DNA from: Eledone cirrhosa
Taxonomy: Eukaryota
DNA: 64,000 nt
Direction: 5' to 3'
NCBI GenBank assembly: GCA_964016885.1
Contig: OZ024740.1
Location: forward strand, 4,278,001-4,342,000
Positions 62,001-64,000 of this stretch are shown here, in pieces (positions within the stretch are counted from its first letter, which is position 1; each line of letters opens with the position of its first letter). The notes below the pieces were generated by a model. It was not told the DNA's origin. It ran no database searches and saw nothing but the letters and a program-made list of their open reading frames with translations. The position numbers and the translations under genes are program-made.

Positions 62001-64000
62001 GTCAGTACTAGACTGGTACTTTATCAACCTAGATAGTAGGTCAGTACTAGACTGGTACTTTATCAACCTAGATAGTATGTCAGTACTAGACTGGTACTTT
62101 ATCAACCTAGATAGTATATCAGTACTAGACTGGTACTTTATCAACCTAGATAGTATATCAGTACTAGACTGGTACTTTATCAACTAGATAGTATGTCAGT
62201 ACTAGACTGGTACTTTATCAACTAGATAGTATGTCAGTACTAGACTGGTACTTTATCAACCTAGATAGTATGTCAGTACTAGACTGGTACTTTATCAACC
62301 TAGATAGTATGTCAGTAGTAGACTGGTACTTTATCAACCTAGATAGTATGTCAGTAGTAGACTGGTACTTTATCAACTAGATAGTATGTCAGTAGTAGAC
62401 TGGTACTTTATCAACCTAGATAGTATGTCAATACTAGACTGGTACTTTATCAACCTAGATAGTATGTCAGTACTAGACTGGTTCTTTATCAACCTAGATA
62501 GTATATCAGTACTAGACTGGTACTTTATCAACTAGATAGTATGTCAGTACTAGACTGGTACCTTATCAACCTAGATAGTATGTCAGTAGTAGACTGGTAC
62601 TTTATCAACTAGATAGTATGTCAGTACTAGACTGGTACTTTATCAACAACATACTATGTCAGTACTAGACTGGTACTTTCCCAACTTAGATAGTATGTCA
62701 GTACTAGACTGGTACTTTATCAACTAGATAGTATGTCAGTACTAGACTGGTACTTTATCAACCTAGATAGTATGTCAGTACTAGACTGGTACTTTATCAA
62801 CCTAGATAGAATGTCAGTAGTAGACTGGTACTTTATCAACTATATAGTATGTCAGTACTAGACTGGTACTTTATCAACCTAGATAGTATATCAGTACTAG
62901 ACTGGTACTTTATCAACCTAGATAGTATGTCAGTACTAGATTGGTACTTTATCAACCTAGATAGTATGTCAATACTAGACTGGTACTTTATCAACTATAT
63001 AGTATGTCAGTACTAGACTGGTACTTTATCAACCTAGATAGTATGTCAGTACTAGACTGGTACTTTATCAAACTAGATAGTATGTCAGTACTAGACTGGT
63101 ATTTTATCAACCTAGATAGTATGTCAGTACTAGACTGGTACTTTATCAAACTAGATAGCATGTCAGTACTAGACTGGTACTTTATCAACCTAGATAGTAT
63201 GTCAGTACTAGACTGGTACTTTATCAACTAGATAGTATGTCAGTACTAGACTGGTACTTTATCAACTAGATAGTATGTCAGTAGTAGACTGGTACTTTAT
63301 CAACCTAGATAGTATGTCAGTACTAGACTGGTACTTTATCAACCTAGATAGTATGTCAGTACTAGACTGGTACTTTATCAACCTAGATAGTATGTCAGTA
63401 CTAGACTGGTACTTTATCAAACTAGATAGTATGTCAGTACTAGACTGGTACTTTATCAACCTAGATAGTATATCAGTACTAGACTGGTACTTTATCAACC
63501 TAGATAGTATGTCAGTACTAGACTGGTACTTTATCAACCTAGATAGTATGTCAGTACTAGACTGGTACTTTATCAACCTAGATAGTATGTCAGTACTAGA
63601 CTGGTACGTTATCAACTAGATAGTATGTCAGTACTAGACTGGTACTCTATCAACTTAGATATTATGTCAGTAATAGACTGGTACTTTATCAACTAGATAG
63701 TATGTCAGTACTAGACTGGTACTTTATCAACCTAGATAGTATGTCAGTAGTAGACTGGTACTTTATCAACCTAGATAGTATGTCAGTACTAGACTGGTAC
63801 TTTATTAACTATATAGTATGTCAGTACTAGACTGGTACTTTATCAACAAGATAGTATGTCAGTTCTAGACTGGTACTTTATCAACCTAGATAGTATGTCA
63901 GTACTAGAGTGGTACGTTATCAACCTAGATAGTATGTCAGTACTAGACTGATACTTTATCAACTATATAGTATGTCAGTACTAGACTGGTACTTTATCAA
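53025..64000. repeat. Satellite array C, 38/39-bp unit TAGATAGTATGTCAGTACTAGACTGGTACTTTATCAAC(C), more than 280 units, runs off the window end
   Basis: Unit read directly. Duplicated blocks at offsets 1196 and 3402 (1972+1430) from rare variants such as tcaacaacatact (59241, 61213, 62643). Confidence 0.99.

Noticed and set aside
53440-63619. 13-aa repeat ORFs on both strands (MSVLDWYFINLDS / LIKYQSSTDILSR)
   Set aside because: They arise only from runs of 39-bp monomers and are broken by each 38-bp unit; there is no frame preservation.
53025-64000. CRISPR-like appearance (partly palindromic ~38-bp repeats)
   Set aside because: Units are head-to-tail with no unique spacers, there are no cas genes, and the context is eukaryotic. 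The same applies to satellites A and B and the 61-bp array.

Overview
Gene-poor, repeat-dominated eukaryotic (metazoan) DNA. The SINE/LINE families and microsatellite load resemble those I recall from octopus/cephalopod genomes (inference, not verified). About 46 kb is three satellite arrays: 26-bp (1-2536), 23-bp (~9143-41905) and 38/39-bp (seed unit at 49806, then 53025 to the window end), each with kb-scale duplicated blocks. The rest is decayed mobile DNA: a near-full-length RTE-clade LINE with three C-terminal C2H2 zinc fingers plus three fragments of sister elements, all in or next to (TATG)n/TG-rich microsatellites; a CR1-like 3' end containing a 16 x 61-bp array; a CRE-like fragment; a DD37D (maT-type) Tc1/mariner transposon with TIRs and TA target duplication; a 5'-truncated RTE LINE with a PHD-like finger inserted into the first unit of the 39-bp satellite; and five tRNA-derived SINE copies. 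No host protein-coding gene is supportable, and most ORFs in the track are artefacts of repeat translation. The best leads are a possible (TATG)n-targeting zinc-finger RTE family and several satellites that appear to be seeded from retroelement sequence.
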